Origin: Octopus sinensis | Taxonomy: Eukaryota | Assembly: GCF_006345805.1 (NCBI RefSeq) | Contig: NC_043010.1 | Location: forward strand, 54,188,001 to 54,252,000 | Direction: 5' to 3' | Length of the DNA stretch: 64,000 bases | Shown: positions 1 through 13,316 of the stretch, in pieces | Layout of the letters: each line of letters begins with the position of its first letter | Position numbering within the stretch: position 1 is the stretch's first letter | Position numbers and translations under genes: made by a program | Notes under the pieces: model-generated | The model's input: the letters and a program-made list of their open reading frames with translations, nothing else | The model's database searches: none | Told to the model about the DNA's origin: nothing

Positions 1-444
1 TAATTTATTTATTATAATTTACTCTGTTAATACAGTGGAATAACTATGGTTAATAGATTCTAGTATTAGATTTGTCTCACAACTATTACAACTAATAAAA
101 ATGACGTAACGAACGCGTGGCACGTAGAACACATGGTGGGCTGTAACTAAAAGGTCAGTTTTTTGTATACTGTAAAGACATTTATGTCTTTAGGAAGCAT
201 TAAATATTAAACCTTTGTATAATCTTCTTTAACAGGAAAGAGAAATGGCATTATGATCTTAGATATGGCTGTATGATAACGAACTTCGCTGTAGAAGCTC
301 GTATTTGCCGGTTCAGTTTCATTACGCTCGAGTCAAACATATCAGGCAATTGCTTAAAATTTTCTGACCGGGATTTAAGAGACGAAAATTCATTCAAATT
401 TCCTTATACATACATGCATGTGTATGTGTGAGTATATATTTATG

Positions 445-630
445 TGGGGAAGTTTTCGAAAAAAACAAAAGACGTAGACAGGTGGTGAACAAAACAAACA
501 GATGTATTAGTATAACGCTCAGGAATAGAAAAAGTCTTTTACGTTTCGAGCCTACGCTCTTCTACAGAAAGGTACACAGAAAAAACAAGGAGAGAAACAA
601 GGAGAGAAATAAAAGTGTCTGTAGTGGCTA
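445..630 (-). mobile_element. Non-autonomous Penelope-like pLTR unit, family A (HHR-bearing)
   Basis: About 190 bp unit repeated at 24085-24290 (+), 40360-40495 (-), 40560-40770 (-) and 45090-45295 (-); contains an HHR-like core. Confidence 0.65.
536..571 (-). ncRNA. Minimal type I hammerhead ribozyme motif, core variant CUGUAGA
   Basis: Minus strand reads CTTT-CTGTAGA-A-GAGC-GTAG-GCTC-GAA-ACGT-A-AAAG: 4-bp stem I, 4-bp stem II, palindromic ACGU stem III, GUA site. Confidence 0.65.
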
Positions 631-799
631 GTGTGTTTGTTCGTGTTTGTGTATGTGTGTGTATCACGTAATCACGAGATTGACGAGACTATCAGCTGTT
701 GTTAGACATCAATGGTCCCCAATGCGTTTTGCATCGTTTTAGACTTCACCGCTGGCTATGTGATCAGAGTAACATTCCCCGGCCCTAACGCCCTATGAT

Positions 800-1066
800 C
801 TAAAGATCATTGGCCGAAATGACTTTTGTATAAATACACTATATTCTAAAGGTATTTGTGTCTAAACTCACTTTGGTCCAATAGCTTTTCTTCTATAGAA
901 TCTCAACAAAATGTATAAATACGTGTAAAAGATTATACTCTAATAAGCCATTTTGGCTTTAGACGAAAATGCTTAGACGAAAGTGTCTCCAGACAAATAT
1001 GCTTTTAGACCAATTTGTCTTAGACTAAAGTAATTTAGACCAAAGTGTTTTAGACCAAAGTGCTGT
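800..1066. repeat. About 15-bp tandem repeat (TAGACCAAAGTGTTT-like) with inverted degenerate copies, MITE-like
   Basis: About 7 units at 960-1062; reverse-complement units near 858-880 (gtctaaactcactttggtcca). Confidence 0.55.
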
Positions 1067-1068
1067 AT

Positions 1069-1319
1069 AGGCGCGGGAGTGGCTGTGTGGTAAGTAGCTT
1101 GCTTACCAACAGCATGGTTCCGGGTTCAGTCCCACTGCGTGGCACCTTGGGCAAGTGTCTTCTACTACCATAGCCTCAGGCCGACCAAAGCCTTGTTAGT
1201 AGATTTGATAGACGGAAACTGAAAGAAGCTCGTCGTATAAATGTATATATATATGTGTGTGTATGTGTGTATTTGTGTGTCGTTGTTTGTCCCCCCAATA
1301 TCGCTTCACAACCGATGCT
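1069..1319 (+). mobile_element. tRNA-derived CORE-type SINE, family 1, 3'-truncated
   Basis: Box A tggctgtgtgg, box B gggttcagtcc, CORE-like ccttgggcaagtgtctt, internal (TA)n(TG)n. Confidence 0.9.
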
Positions 1320-1700
1320 ATCTATCTATCAATAAATCTATATTCACACATACATATGTATTTATATGTATGTATGAATATGTGAGTGAATGTCGTAGAG
1401 AGTATGTCATTCCAGCACATTCCATTGCATATCCCGTTCAAGTCGCTATGCGGCACCTTGAGCAGGTGAGTTCTACTAAAAAGCACAAGTATCAATATGG
1501 CATTTTAAAGGGAATAGGGAATAGTATAAATGGGCAGCGGTAAAACACATCCTATATAACAGATATCAGTTCAAATTTGTTTCAAATAAATTTGAATTCG
1601 TAAAAGGCTACTCACTGTAGTTTGTCATGGGGATTAAATTCTTGCTTTTGGCTAAATTGTGTAAATCTCCATAGTCAAATATTCGAACGAGACCTACACG

Positions 1701-2093
1701 AGGCGTAGGAGTGGCTGTGTGGTAAGTAGCTTGTTTACCAGCCACATGGTTCCGGGTCAGTCCCACTGCATGGCACCTTGGGCAAGTGTCTTCTACAATA
1801 GCCTCGGGCCGACCAAAGCCTTGTGAGTGGATTTAGTAGACGGAAACTGAAAAGAAGCCCGTCGTATATATGTATATATATATATATATGTGTGTGTGTG
1901 TATATGTTTGTGTGTCTGTGTTTGTCCCCGCATCATCACTTGACAACCGATGCTGGTGTGTTTATGTCACGATAGAATAAGTACTAGGTTTACAAAGAAT
2001 AAGTTTTGGGGTCGATTTGCTCGACTAAAAGGCGGTGCTCCAGCATGGCCACAGTCAAATGACTGAAGCAAGTAAAAGAGTAAGGAGTAAAGA
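1701..2093 (+). mobile_element. SINE family 1, near full length with internal deletion
   Basis: Same head and core plus 3' tail gctccagcatggcc...agtcaaatgactgaa..agtaaaagag. Confidence 0.9.
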
Positions 2094-2814
2094 GAGTCAG
2101 CTCAAATTATCCTCTATTGAACTGATGGATACATGCATCTTCTCGGATGGATACTAATCATCCTCTCATCATCAGATACCAAAGGAAGACAACTCTGTCC
2201 TGACTAGTAAGTTAAGATTTACTCATACGTAATCAATTGCCTCTCAATGCGATCTTCTATAGTTTCTGACACTGCTTCGTGTATCTACTCATGAAAATAC
2301 ATACACCAAGAGATAAAAACAGAACGAAGATCGAGAGTTCAATAAGAACAAACGTAAATTATTCAATCACACACATACACGCAGATATTGACACAGACAG
2401 AGGCACACCGATAAACCAATGCACACGCACGCATGTGCAAACACACGATACACACATACACAAAAACACAGTCTACCATGTATTCGCACATTTCTCTTGG
2501 ATTATTCGCTTTCTTTCACTTGGGACATTTCCTCTTCATTTTTTTCTGGAGAAGAACCATGCTGAAAATGTCACCACCAAAGTATATTTTATATCTTAAA
2601 CTTAGCGTCTGCCAAGTGCATTCGCTGTGGACGTCATTTGAACTTATGTTCCTTTAGGTTCATTGTTGTCGACCTTTCATCAGTTGTCGGTTGGCTATCT
2701 CCAGCTCATTTCGCGCATTCAATATCTATATCTGCATATCTATCTATCGATATACAAATATATATATAGATATAAAAGATATAAATATTTGTATAAATAT
2801 ATATATATATCTAT

Positions 2815-2874
<60 letters not shown>

Positions 2875-2939
2875 TATCACTGTGGTCAATATGTAGCAAG
2901 CCATAGAAAAGTTTTTGTCAGTCTTGAGGCTGATGTATT

Positions 2940-3036
2940 TTCCTTGACTTTCCTGATGAGAAGACGGCATAATGCACCTTATTCCTTCAGAATTAAGGAT
3001 ATGCAGTCTTCGAAACATGTGTTGAAATTAAAGGAA
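2940..3036 (+). ncRNA. Type I hammerhead ribozyme with canonical core and long stem II
   Basis: CTGATGA 2953-2959; GAAGAC/GTCTTC stem II; GAAA 3012-3015; GUU site 3021-3023; stem I 2940-2952/3024-3036 pairs 11 of 13. Confidence 0.8.
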
Positions 3037-3262
3037 TTGTGTTAAAATCCTCGTTCGACTCCATTCTTTTATTCATTTTAAAATATTACACAAATTACCA
3101 CACAAGAACACGGAGTTTCTACCCTTGGCACGTAGCTTCAACCGTGTTTTCTGACGTGAATTTGCTAGCCAGGTATCGGTTAACCGAATTATCAATACTA
3201 GGATAATTCATTCACCTACTTAAATATATATATATATATATATATACATACAAACACACATA

Positions 3263-3293
<31 letters not shown>

Positions 3294-3299
3294 ACGCGC

Positions 3300-3491
3300 A
3301 CAGAGATACACACACACATATATATGTGCGAAGGGCTTCTTTCAGTTTCCGTCTACCAAATCCACTCACTAGGCAGTGGTCAGCCCGAGGCTATATTAGA
3401 AGACACTTGCCCAAGATACCATGCAGTGGGATTGATCCTGGAGCCATTTGGCTGGGAGGGAAGCTTCTTACCACGCAGATACTCCTGCACC

Positions 3492-3493
<2 letters not shown>
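3300..3493 (-). mobile_element. SINE family 1, 5' half
   Basis: Reverse complement of family 1 head and core. Confidence 0.85.
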
Positions 3494-3548
<55 letters not shown>

Positions 3549-3569
3549 TAGATATATATACATATATAG

Positions 3570-3609
<40 letters not shown>

Positions 3610-3693
3610 AATATCGCCGGCTTTATCTTTATCGTGATTACGTTGAAGATTCTGTATATATTCTCTTATTCTTTTACTTGTTTCAGTTACTTT

Positions 3694-4830
3694 AGAAATA
3701 AAAAACAAGAATGGTAGCAGGACAAACACAACGGGCGTCTTACGACTTGAGACAATTTTTAACTTATCTTGGCTGGCGTATTTGAAAATAGCCTTTGCGG
3801 CAAAAACGAAAACAAACGTTAACATGGCAGCGGTCAAGCCGAAAAAGACCGGTTTGAATGCGGTCACGTAAGAGCACGGAAGAAAGAGAAAGAAAAAGAA
3901 AAGCGGGGAGCAACGAACAAAGAGAGAGAGAAAGAAAGGAACGAACGCACCAAGTGGGAGAGAGAGAAAGAAAGGGACGAACGCACCAAGGGGGAGAGAG
4001 AGAGAAGGAAGGAATCAAAGAGGGGAGAAGAACAGCGTAACGTACCCCTATCTCCTATGTATACATTTTCTTATCTTGTACGATGTCTTTACACACACTC
4101 TCTCTATAGTCTGTGTCTTTCTCTTTCCTTGCCTCTGATTCTTCCCCCACTCTTATTTGCACCGTCATTTCTATTGCGAAGCCAATCCTGTTTCTTCTCC
4201 CCTCTTTGATTCCTTCCTTCTCTCTCTCTCCCCCTTAGTGCCTTCGTCCCTTTCTTTCTCTCTCTCTTTGTTCGTTGCTCCCCGCTTTTCTTTTTCTTTC
4301 TCTTTCTTCCGTGCTCTCACGTGACCGCATTCAAACCGGTCTTTTTCGGCTTGACCGCTGCCATGTTAACGTTTGTTTTCGTTTTTGCTTCAAAGGCTTT
4401 TTTCAAATACGCCAGCCAAGATAAGTTAAAAATTGTCTCAAGTCGTAAGACGCCCGTTGTGTTTGTCCTGCTACCATTTTTGTTTTTTATTTCTATTTTT
4501 TGTTTCTTGTATTTATATTCGTGTGGCATCCTGTCTTTGTTTCGTATACATTCGTCCTCTTTCTAAGAAATCTAATGCTTGTGGCTTAGTTCTTGGGGCT
4601 GGCCGGTTCGGAGTGATATCGAGATTAAACAGCCGAAATTGCTAAGATGATCCGGTTCCGAGTGAAGATTAGAGGCTTCGAGTGACGCGTCTGTTTTTTT
4701 GTGTTGTTTCTTTGTGTGTTTTTAGCGTTCTTGTCCCACTTTGTAATTTATATTTTATATTTTATATTTGATTTCTATATATATATATTAAGGCGGCGTA
4801 ACGTACCCCTATCTCCTATGTATACATTTT
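3694..4830. mobile_element. Penelope-like non-autonomous element with long inverted repeat and short direct repeat
   Basis: IR about 3694-4035 / 4190-4497; direct repeat gcgtaacgtacccctatctcctatgtatacatttt at about 4035 and 4796; right part homologous to the element at 32120-32400. Confidence 0.55.
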
Positions 4831-4836
4831 ATATAA

Positions 4837-4900
<64 letters not shown>

Positions 4901-5842
4901 TAATATATATTATATGTATATCAGGACTTTAACCTACATGGATTGCAATAAGAACTTACGGACTTACTACACCTATCAGGAATTTGAACTGTAAATACAT
5001 TTGATATATATATATATATATCAAAAGAGAGAGATAAGTAAACACATATAGTAGGAGCCTTATACCATGTTTTTTTTTACGCCGGGTAAGTTTATAAAGG
5101 GGGCTTTATACTATTGATAAACCTACATACATACAGGTACGCTTTTCCTGGAGATCCAACGGATTTTTTTCTAGGAGGCTAATCGATGGCGTTAGCACAT
5201 GTTTCAATGGCGTTGACGTGTGTGGCATTACTTACATGGATATATGTATTAGAACATAAGTTTGTGTATGTGTGTGAGTATATGTATGTATATATAGGAA
5301 ATGGCCCGGGTGAATATGTAGCGTATATTCAAATATGTCGGAAAGATGCGGAATAAGATATAGTATTTATGATTTTAATCCTTATGGAATCGAAACCAGC
5401 TTCTTGTCGTTGCGAATAGGATTCCTTTTAGAAACGGACATAGGAATATAAATAGGAATACAGACATTTAAATGAAAGATGGAGATATGAGGGAAAAGAG
5501 ATAACGAGATTCCGAAAATAACTCTGAAAACTTTTGTCCTCCGTCGATATAAAATATTGCAAAACAAATCGTCAGACGTTATCAATATATTTAAATAGAT
5601 AACAAAAATGTATATCGCTGTATACACATACAAACTCAACACGCATCGGCTTCTAAGGACACATAAATACATTCATACATGCATACATACATATATACAT
5701 ATATATATACATACATACATACATACATATATACATACATATGTGCGTACAAACATACATACACAAACACACATATACATGATATTATATATATGTGAGT
5801 GTGTGTCTCTCTCTCTATATATATGTATATATATATTATATA

Positions 5843-5883
<41 letters not shown>

Positions 5884-6121
5884 CATATATATATATAAAT
5901 GTGTTCGCGGTGCACCGTATATATATTATGTTTTGTATATACGCGTTATTATATATATGTATGTGTATATATATATATATATATATATAGATATATATTA
6001 ATATATACATACATATATATGTATATATATATTATATATCTATATATATATATATATATATTTATATATGCATATATATATAGTATATATGTACATATAT
6101 ACATATATGTATGCAAACAAG

Positions 6122-6156
<35 letters not shown>

Positions 6157-6684
6157 ATTTCTGTATCTATGTATCTAACTATTTATCTATAAATATATAA
6201 ATATACACACATATGTGTATATTTATGTTTATAAATGTTTGTGTGTGCGTATGTGTGTGCATGTGCTTTAGGTGTGTTTATGTCGGTGTGGGTGCGTGTG
6301 TGTCTGAGAGAGAGAGAGAGTGTGTGTACATGTGCATAGTCAGACAGAGAAATGAAGAATTATCGTAATGTACTGCCATATTTAGCAACAGGTAAATCTC
6401 ACAAATGTCCATAGAATCTAACTTAAGCAACAATCGAAAAATAAAAAACCCAGAAAAATAAAGAATCAAAGACAAAATAAATATTGTCCAATCATTTGTT
6501 CTATTTGTTATAATATCTGCAGTCTTCGAGTATATATGATGGAAAAACATTACAATACTTTGAAGATTTTGTCCGTAGATGCTTCCATTAGCTTTAAAAG
6601 CGAAGGCTTGGTTTTTAGCGATTAAAATTGTATTTGCAGTGATATTGGCTTTCAAAAATAAAAGTCATATATGTTAGCATGTAT

Positions 6685-6735
<51 letters not shown>

Positions 6736-6990
6736 GATGTATATATGTATATATATACATATACATATATACATATATATATATATACATATATATATAA
6801 TGCACATATATGTTTGTATATATGTATATATAAAGATAGAATGAGAGAGAGAGAGAGGTATGTATAGATATATATGCGTGTGATTATATGTATGTGTATA
6901 TGTATGTATGCGTATTATATATATTATATCTAAAATATATATATATCTATATATTCTATATCTATATTATATATATATAATATATATATG

Positions 6991-7050
<60 letters not shown>

Positions 7051-7288
7051 GTGTGTGTTCATATATATGTATATCTTGCCTTGTTCGTACGCGTACACCC
7101 AAGAACTCCTATATGCTCTTTTGTATGCGTGTAAACACGTGTGTCTCTGTGTGGGCGTATTAGGTGTATTTGTAATCATGCATGGAAAAGAAAATCGTCT
7201 GTATGCGCATCCTATCTTGAGCGGAAAATAATGGCCGCTTCGAAATCTTCAATAATCAATAAACTACAAGAAATACTTACGTGCGTGC

Positions 7289-7347
<59 letters not shown>

Positions 7348-7670
7348 GTGTATACAAACATATACATACATACACGCGAAAGACTGCACGATGTCTATCG
7401 TCTTGTAGTATGTGTCAAAGGGAATTACGAAATTCCTGCTCTCGAATTTATGCGCACTGTGTGAACCAAAGACAGGGTTATTAACCACAGATGTCAACGC
7501 AACGCATCATATGTGCGTGTGTTGGTGTGTGCATTTATATACATACACACACACACTCTCACACACACATACTCATATATATCAGATAAAAACAGTTTTG
7601 GCCGATGTATGGGCTTTCACGTCCATAAAACAGTTAGCTTTACAGTGCCTCTTCAAACCCTAATATATAA

Positions 7671-8090
7671 TTTATAAAATTTTTTGTACCTGCTGGTAAC
7701 TGTGCTACCTGCTCCTTCCTACTTGTAGGCTCTGAATTTACTCCCAAAAAAGGAACAAAATTTAAATTCAAGACCAACTTTTCCTGTTCCTCCGAGAACC
7801 TCATCTACGTTCTCACATGCGCCGGTTGCCAACACAATTATGTTGGACAAACGAGCCTTCCTTTACGTAAAAGGGTAGCGGTTCATAAAGAACAGATAAA
7901 TCTCCCAGAATACCGTCAAATTCCACTAATTAACCACATAGACTCGTGCGCTAGAGACAAAAATCCGAAATTTCATATATTTCCCTTCTACCAATGTAAA
8001 GACGTAATCACTACAAAAGAAAGAATCAGCAAGGAGAATTTTTTTATTGAAAAATTCCAAACGCATCTTAATAAGCAAAATCCACGATAA
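7671..8090 (+). mobile_element. Penelope-like element 3' fragment: Cys linker plus GIY-YIG endonuclease
   Basis: Stop-free frame without start codon: CATCSFLL...SENLIYVLTCAGCQHNYVGQTSLPLRKRVAVHKEQ...EKFQTHLN; TAA at 8088-8090. Confidence 0.9.
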
Positions 8091-9387
8091 CCATACTCCT
8101 TTTTTCGACCATCCTATTTGACAAAAAATCCCAATTGAAGCGCATAGAATCCACAGAGTTGTATCCCCTTACTCACAGGAACAGGATAACTCCTACCCCA
8201 TTTCCTGTTTTGACATTCATTTAACAAACACCTTAAACTAAGCACCACGTTTAATCACATAGACCTTAATCCTCCAAAGAAATTTTTCCAAGAACTATTA
8301 TTGAACTCAAAAAACATAAATACTCTACAATGGATCGGTATAATTATTTTTTAATTTTTGTATACGCTTATTATTATTTTTTTGAAAAAACATTGTAAAT
8401 TTCCTTTTTCCCCTTCCTCAATTTAAAAAAAAAATTTCTTTTCACCTTTCAATTCTTGAAAATTTGCTTTGCGATGAAAACCGATTACAGATATTATTTT
8501 TTTAATTTTCCATACACCTCTTTTTATAAAAATTTACCTTCAATTTAGCATTCTGCCTTTTATAATTTTTCCTCTCCTACATATATATATATATATACAT
8601 ACATAGTGAGTGTTAATAGTTTCGCTATCAAAAACTTAAAGTATTATCTCACATTACAATAAGGATGTTATTGTTTCACTTTTGAAACGTAATACTGAAA
8701 CAGTGTAAGAGGTAAGGGATTGCTCCGTGCTCGCATCAGGCAAGTTCAAATTGTTTTGATTCAGGAAACAACATAGACCACGATTAATGTATGTGTAAAA
8801 TTTGAATGAAATTGGCTGGGGAGTTCTTGAGTTTTAGTGATGCAAACATGCAGATACACACACAAACAGACACACAGACACACATTCTCTATTATTTATA
8901 TATATATTTCATTTTGTTCACTTTCTGTTTGATAATCTTGTTTATTATTTGAATCATTATTTATTTGGTCATATGCAAGTTTTACTCATATGCGTTTATC
9001 GTAGACATTGATCTAGTTTACTTTTACTTGCGAACTATTTAGACTTCTAAACCTCTTTTAGTCAAACACTTACAAAGCTTAATTCAGTCAATTAAAAAGC
9101 ATGGAAAACCAACGTGTAGGATGACATCTATTTGCATTTAGGGTATGCATCATCCCTCCGATGCGTTTTCTTCTTCGTTTTAAGTTTTGAGGAGTCAGTT
9201 TCGATCTGAATGATATTTGGCTGCAATTCCGGTTATATGGCTCTACCGTATCTTTGCTCTACTACATACACGCAAAGACACACTTACACAGAAACACACA
9301 GAGGCACACACACATATACATATGCACACATATACATACATACATAAATATATACATATACATATATATACATACATCCATACGCAT

Positions 9388-9445
<58 letters not shown>

Positions 9446-9499
9446 CACACACATATAGTTATAGTAAGTGAATTTCTGAGACCTTCACTCATATCATTC

Positions 9500-9830
9500 T
9501 TAATCAACTTCAAAGTGACTCTAGAAACCGAACAGGACATGACTTCAGAGACCGGGCAAGAATCATTCTTTAGCGTTTTGATATGCTCACGAGAGAACCA
9601 GATACGAGAATTGGGAACACTGACTAGACCTCATGGATTAATCGCTTGAGACCAAGGCATCTCCAAGCAAAATTAACGAACAGAAAAATAAAATGCCCCT
9701 GCGTAGAGCAGATACCTTCTACCGACAAGTGCCAGAGACCACTTCTTCGATGTCTGCAACTGGCATCTCAACTGCACTGAAAGGTCTGTATTCCTACAGG
9801 AGAAGGCATGACAAATCACAGCACTGTGAT
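9500..9830 (+). mobile_element. Degraded LINE 3' end, RTE-like (C-terminal zinc-finger remnant)
   Basis: Frameshifted translation DVCN...KGLYSYRRRH resembles the CxxC...GLxSHxRxH tail of RTE-type ORFs. Confidence 0.35.
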
Positions 9831-10454
9831 CACCGTCTCTTGAGTTCTGCTGAAAGTGACGGAAAAAACTAACAAGAACATAGACATAGGAAAGCCAGGT
9901 AGTCCCGTCCCTGTATAGTTAACATAATACGTTATTTATTTTTTTTTCTTCGACTTTGATTAATATCCTATGGTAATATCAACTATTTATAACATTGTTC
10001 TTTTATTTTTATGAAAAAAACACTCCAAATTTATTGAAAAATATTAATTATCAGTGCGGCACAAGAAAAAAAATAAAGAAACTGTTCTAGATGATCGATA
10101 ATTTTAAAATATTTGCCTGAAATTTAGATACTTTTTTAGTTCTCGTTGAAAAATGTGAGATAAATTTATCAGGCTTCCTCATTAATTTGATTTGATTTTG
10201 TATTCTGACATTGTTTAGTTTACGAAATTGAAATATTCTGTTAAATAAATATGAAAGCAAATTTTTGGATGCATTTCAGTAAGATGTTATTCAGACAGGG
10301 AGGGGAAATTCATGCCTATAGTTTCGTTTATCTTTCTTACATTTCCATGAGAACAGTTGACGCATACGTATACACACAGACACACATATAGGGTAACAAT
10401 TCTGTATCAGATTACTCCTTTCAAATTTTAACACTGAGTTAATAATTTGGGAAG

Positions 10455-10621
10455 AGTGAGACAAGTCGATTAAGTCGAGCTCAGTGCTCTATGGTCAACA
10501 TAAGCGACCTAATCGCAAGGATGAAATGCTGAGTTGACCTCGATGGAATTTGAACTAATAACGCACGAAATAACACTAAGAATTTTGCCTGGTGTGCTAA
10601 TAATTCTGCCAGCTCACCACC
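10455..10621 (-). mobile_element. SINE family 2, degraded
   Basis: Reverse complement similar to ggcgagctggcagaa..gttagcac..gagttcaaattcc..gtcgac consensus seen at 17536. Confidence 0.7.
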
Positions 10622-10807
10622 ATAATACAGCATATAATTATTGATGTTGCTTTTGATAAATGAAGATATGACTATCACCTGTAAAGAAGTGGAAATCGCC
10701 AATATATAATATATAGTATATATATATATATATATATATAAAAATAGAAGAACATATATATATATATATATACATATATATGTATATATATATATATATA
10801 TATATGT

Positions 10808-11000
10808 TCTTCTATTTGTTTCAGTCATTTGACTGCAGCCATGCTGGAGCACCGCCTTTCGTCGAACAAACCGACACCAGGACTTAAACATTTTTAAGAC
10901 TAGCACTTATTCTATCAGCCTCTTTTGCCGAGCCGCTCGGATCCGGGGGCGTGAACACATCAACATGGTGGGGGACAAACACGGAGTCATAAACACACAC
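10808..11000 (-). mobile_element. SINE family 1, 3' half
   Basis: ttcagtcatttgactgcagccatgctggagcaccgcc tail in reverse. Confidence 0.85.
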
Positions 11001-11020
11001 ACACACACACACACACACAC

Positions 11021-11065
<45 letters not shown>

Positions 11066-13054
11066 TATATATATGTATACATATATACGTATACAAATGT
11101 GTAGAGGAATAGAGAGGGTCACAAAAGTATACATATCTCATTCAATGTCTTGAGTAACTTTCGTATCAATAGCGATAAAATGTACATCCTATCGGAGCTA
11201 CTACAGTGCACGCGCACACACACGGACACACATTCATATATATGCAAGCAGGTGTAAAAGCATTAAGCTTCTAATGTTGCTTTTAACGACAAATGTATTC
11301 GGTATCGTGTACGCATTTGGAATGCATTAAATCGTATATGGATTATGCCATGTGGAGATAATATATATAAGAACGAAGGAGCGGTACTTTACGGCTAAAT
11401 CCAGTGTTATTGGTACATCCCTTCCCGTCCAAATTGAATTTGAACTTTTAATATAATTAATGGTTATTAAGTCGAGACCCTGTAGAGTAGTCCATGCTAC
11501 ACACACCAAGACACGTACACGCACGGACACACATGTATATATATATGTGTGTGTTTAAGCATAACTATATTATATAAATATGTACATACACACACATATA
11601 TATATACAGATATACGTGTGTTGTGTGTATGCGTCTGAAAGCCTAAAGGATTAGTATCTAAGGTTAATGGATTGTTATCGCTGTAGAAGCTAGGTGACAT
11701 TTTCGTTGATTGCTCTAATGCCTTAGTGTTAACCGGTTTGGTGTTATTTATGAAATTTATCAATTTGTATTAGCAAATGTTTCTATTTAAGTCATTACGC
11801 TTTGGGCCTATCGCCAATTTTAGGGCATGTGATTCAATAAATTCTCTGCTTAAAGAATAGAAGATTATGTGTTCCTGATTCTCTAGTGGGAAGTACAGTG
11901 ATGTCGTAATAGTATGTCTTTAAAGAAGATACTCTTTATAGCAGCATGTTAATTGACGTGCAGTAAATGGATATCATCCAGGATCTTGCACTGCGAAGTA
12001 TGTGAGGTAAAAATAAAAGCATATATATAAAAATAAAGCATATATTATTAACGCTATAAATCCCATTTGTTGAAACCAGTATTTGCACACTCATATATAT
12101 ATATATATCATATAATTATATATATGCATAGTATGTAAACATACACGCATACATACATGCATATATACAAAAATCTGCGCGAATACATACATATAAGAGT
12201 ACCCTGTTGATGTTGAAATTCCAATGAAAGAGCCTTGGATCTACGTTGAATCTGTATGCCAAGAGCATGTATGAGATTAAAAAGAGCCTTTACCTGGTTA
12301 GAACGTTGTCAAATGATATATGCTTGGGGTTTGGTCAGGATAAATGTTGCTGTATGGTGGTGAAAAAAGAGGAAACCTGTAAAGAAGACGAGCAACATCT
12401 CCATCAATGAATTAACTTTTTTTTCTATATTTGAATAGGTATGTTACAAATGCCTTGGTGTAGATGAAAACATATCTTACAATGTTACCAAAAACAAGTC
12501 ACGTGTTACAAAAGGATATTACAACAACATAAGGAAATTATAGATCTTGGGACTCTCCTTATGCAATAAAAGCGTGACCCACAATTTGTTTTGAATACTA
12601 TTACTTATACCAGCATATAAACTATTTGATTGTAGTCTTGAGGCCCGAGACATTGATGTGAAAACCAGGAAGATACTGACTAGCACAAACAATTGTTCCT
12701 TAGCGATGTAGGCTGCCTCTACTGCAAGGAAAACAAGGGAGCACAGTCTTAACATGGAACCAAACTGCCTTTGAATATCATATCATATCCCTTCAGTAAC
12801 ATCTTCTAACCGCGAATTATCCAAGTGCGTTCCTTGATTAGGATTGCATACACAAAGCAGATAACATCATGTGATTTGGAAAGCAGCTTCTAGAGCAGCA
12901 TTCCTTGTCTGATAACTTTCAATACATGCCTAAAGAAATTGCATGATTCTAACAAAACATATCATTAGATGAAAAGATGAGTGTATATCAGCAGAAGACC
13001 GTGCATGGATAGGTTATTAGAAGGTCCAGGATAACAGTGGCATTAATAAAGAAA

Positions 13055-13316
13055 GCAATTGCACCTTCCACCAAGTGTTTGACCAAAATCTGCAACAGAT
13101 TTGCATCGCCATCTGAATTAAGTCTAACTTGTTGTTCAAAGACATGGGATGGCATGATGCCTGTCTCACTGCCGATACATCGACAGCGAATCACAGTCTG
13201 GCGGAAGCATTTCGGTCATAGCATATGAAACGAAATTTAGAATATTGACCACAGTTTGTCTTGTATAATGTTTATATATGTTTCGCTGTTCCAATGTTAA
13301 TCAAAATCCAATGTTA
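13055..13316 (-). mobile_element. Tc1/mariner-superfamily transposase remnant
   Basis: GIMPSHVFEQQVRLNSDGDANLLQILVKH resembles the DIMPxHxFEQGLRLNSDGYxxLLxxVVKPW catalytic-domain segment; second copy at 16278-16465. Confidence 0.6.

Noticed and set aside
1390-1475. Apparent exon ending in a perfect CAG/gtgagt donor (REYVIPAHSIAYPVQVAMRHLEQ)
   Set aside because: The sequence aligns with a decayed family 1 SINE core (gcggcaccttgagcaggtg versus gtggcaccttgggcaagtg)
4321-4566. Hydrophobic 81-aa ORF duplicated on the opposite strand (3391-3867)
   Set aside because: The duplication is just the inverted repeat; no recognisable domain
6278-6655. ORF with ICEIYLLLNMAVHYD, loosely like GPCR TM2 (IYLxNLAxAD)
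   Set aside because: No TM1 GN motif, no downstream DRY or other helices; similarity too short to support
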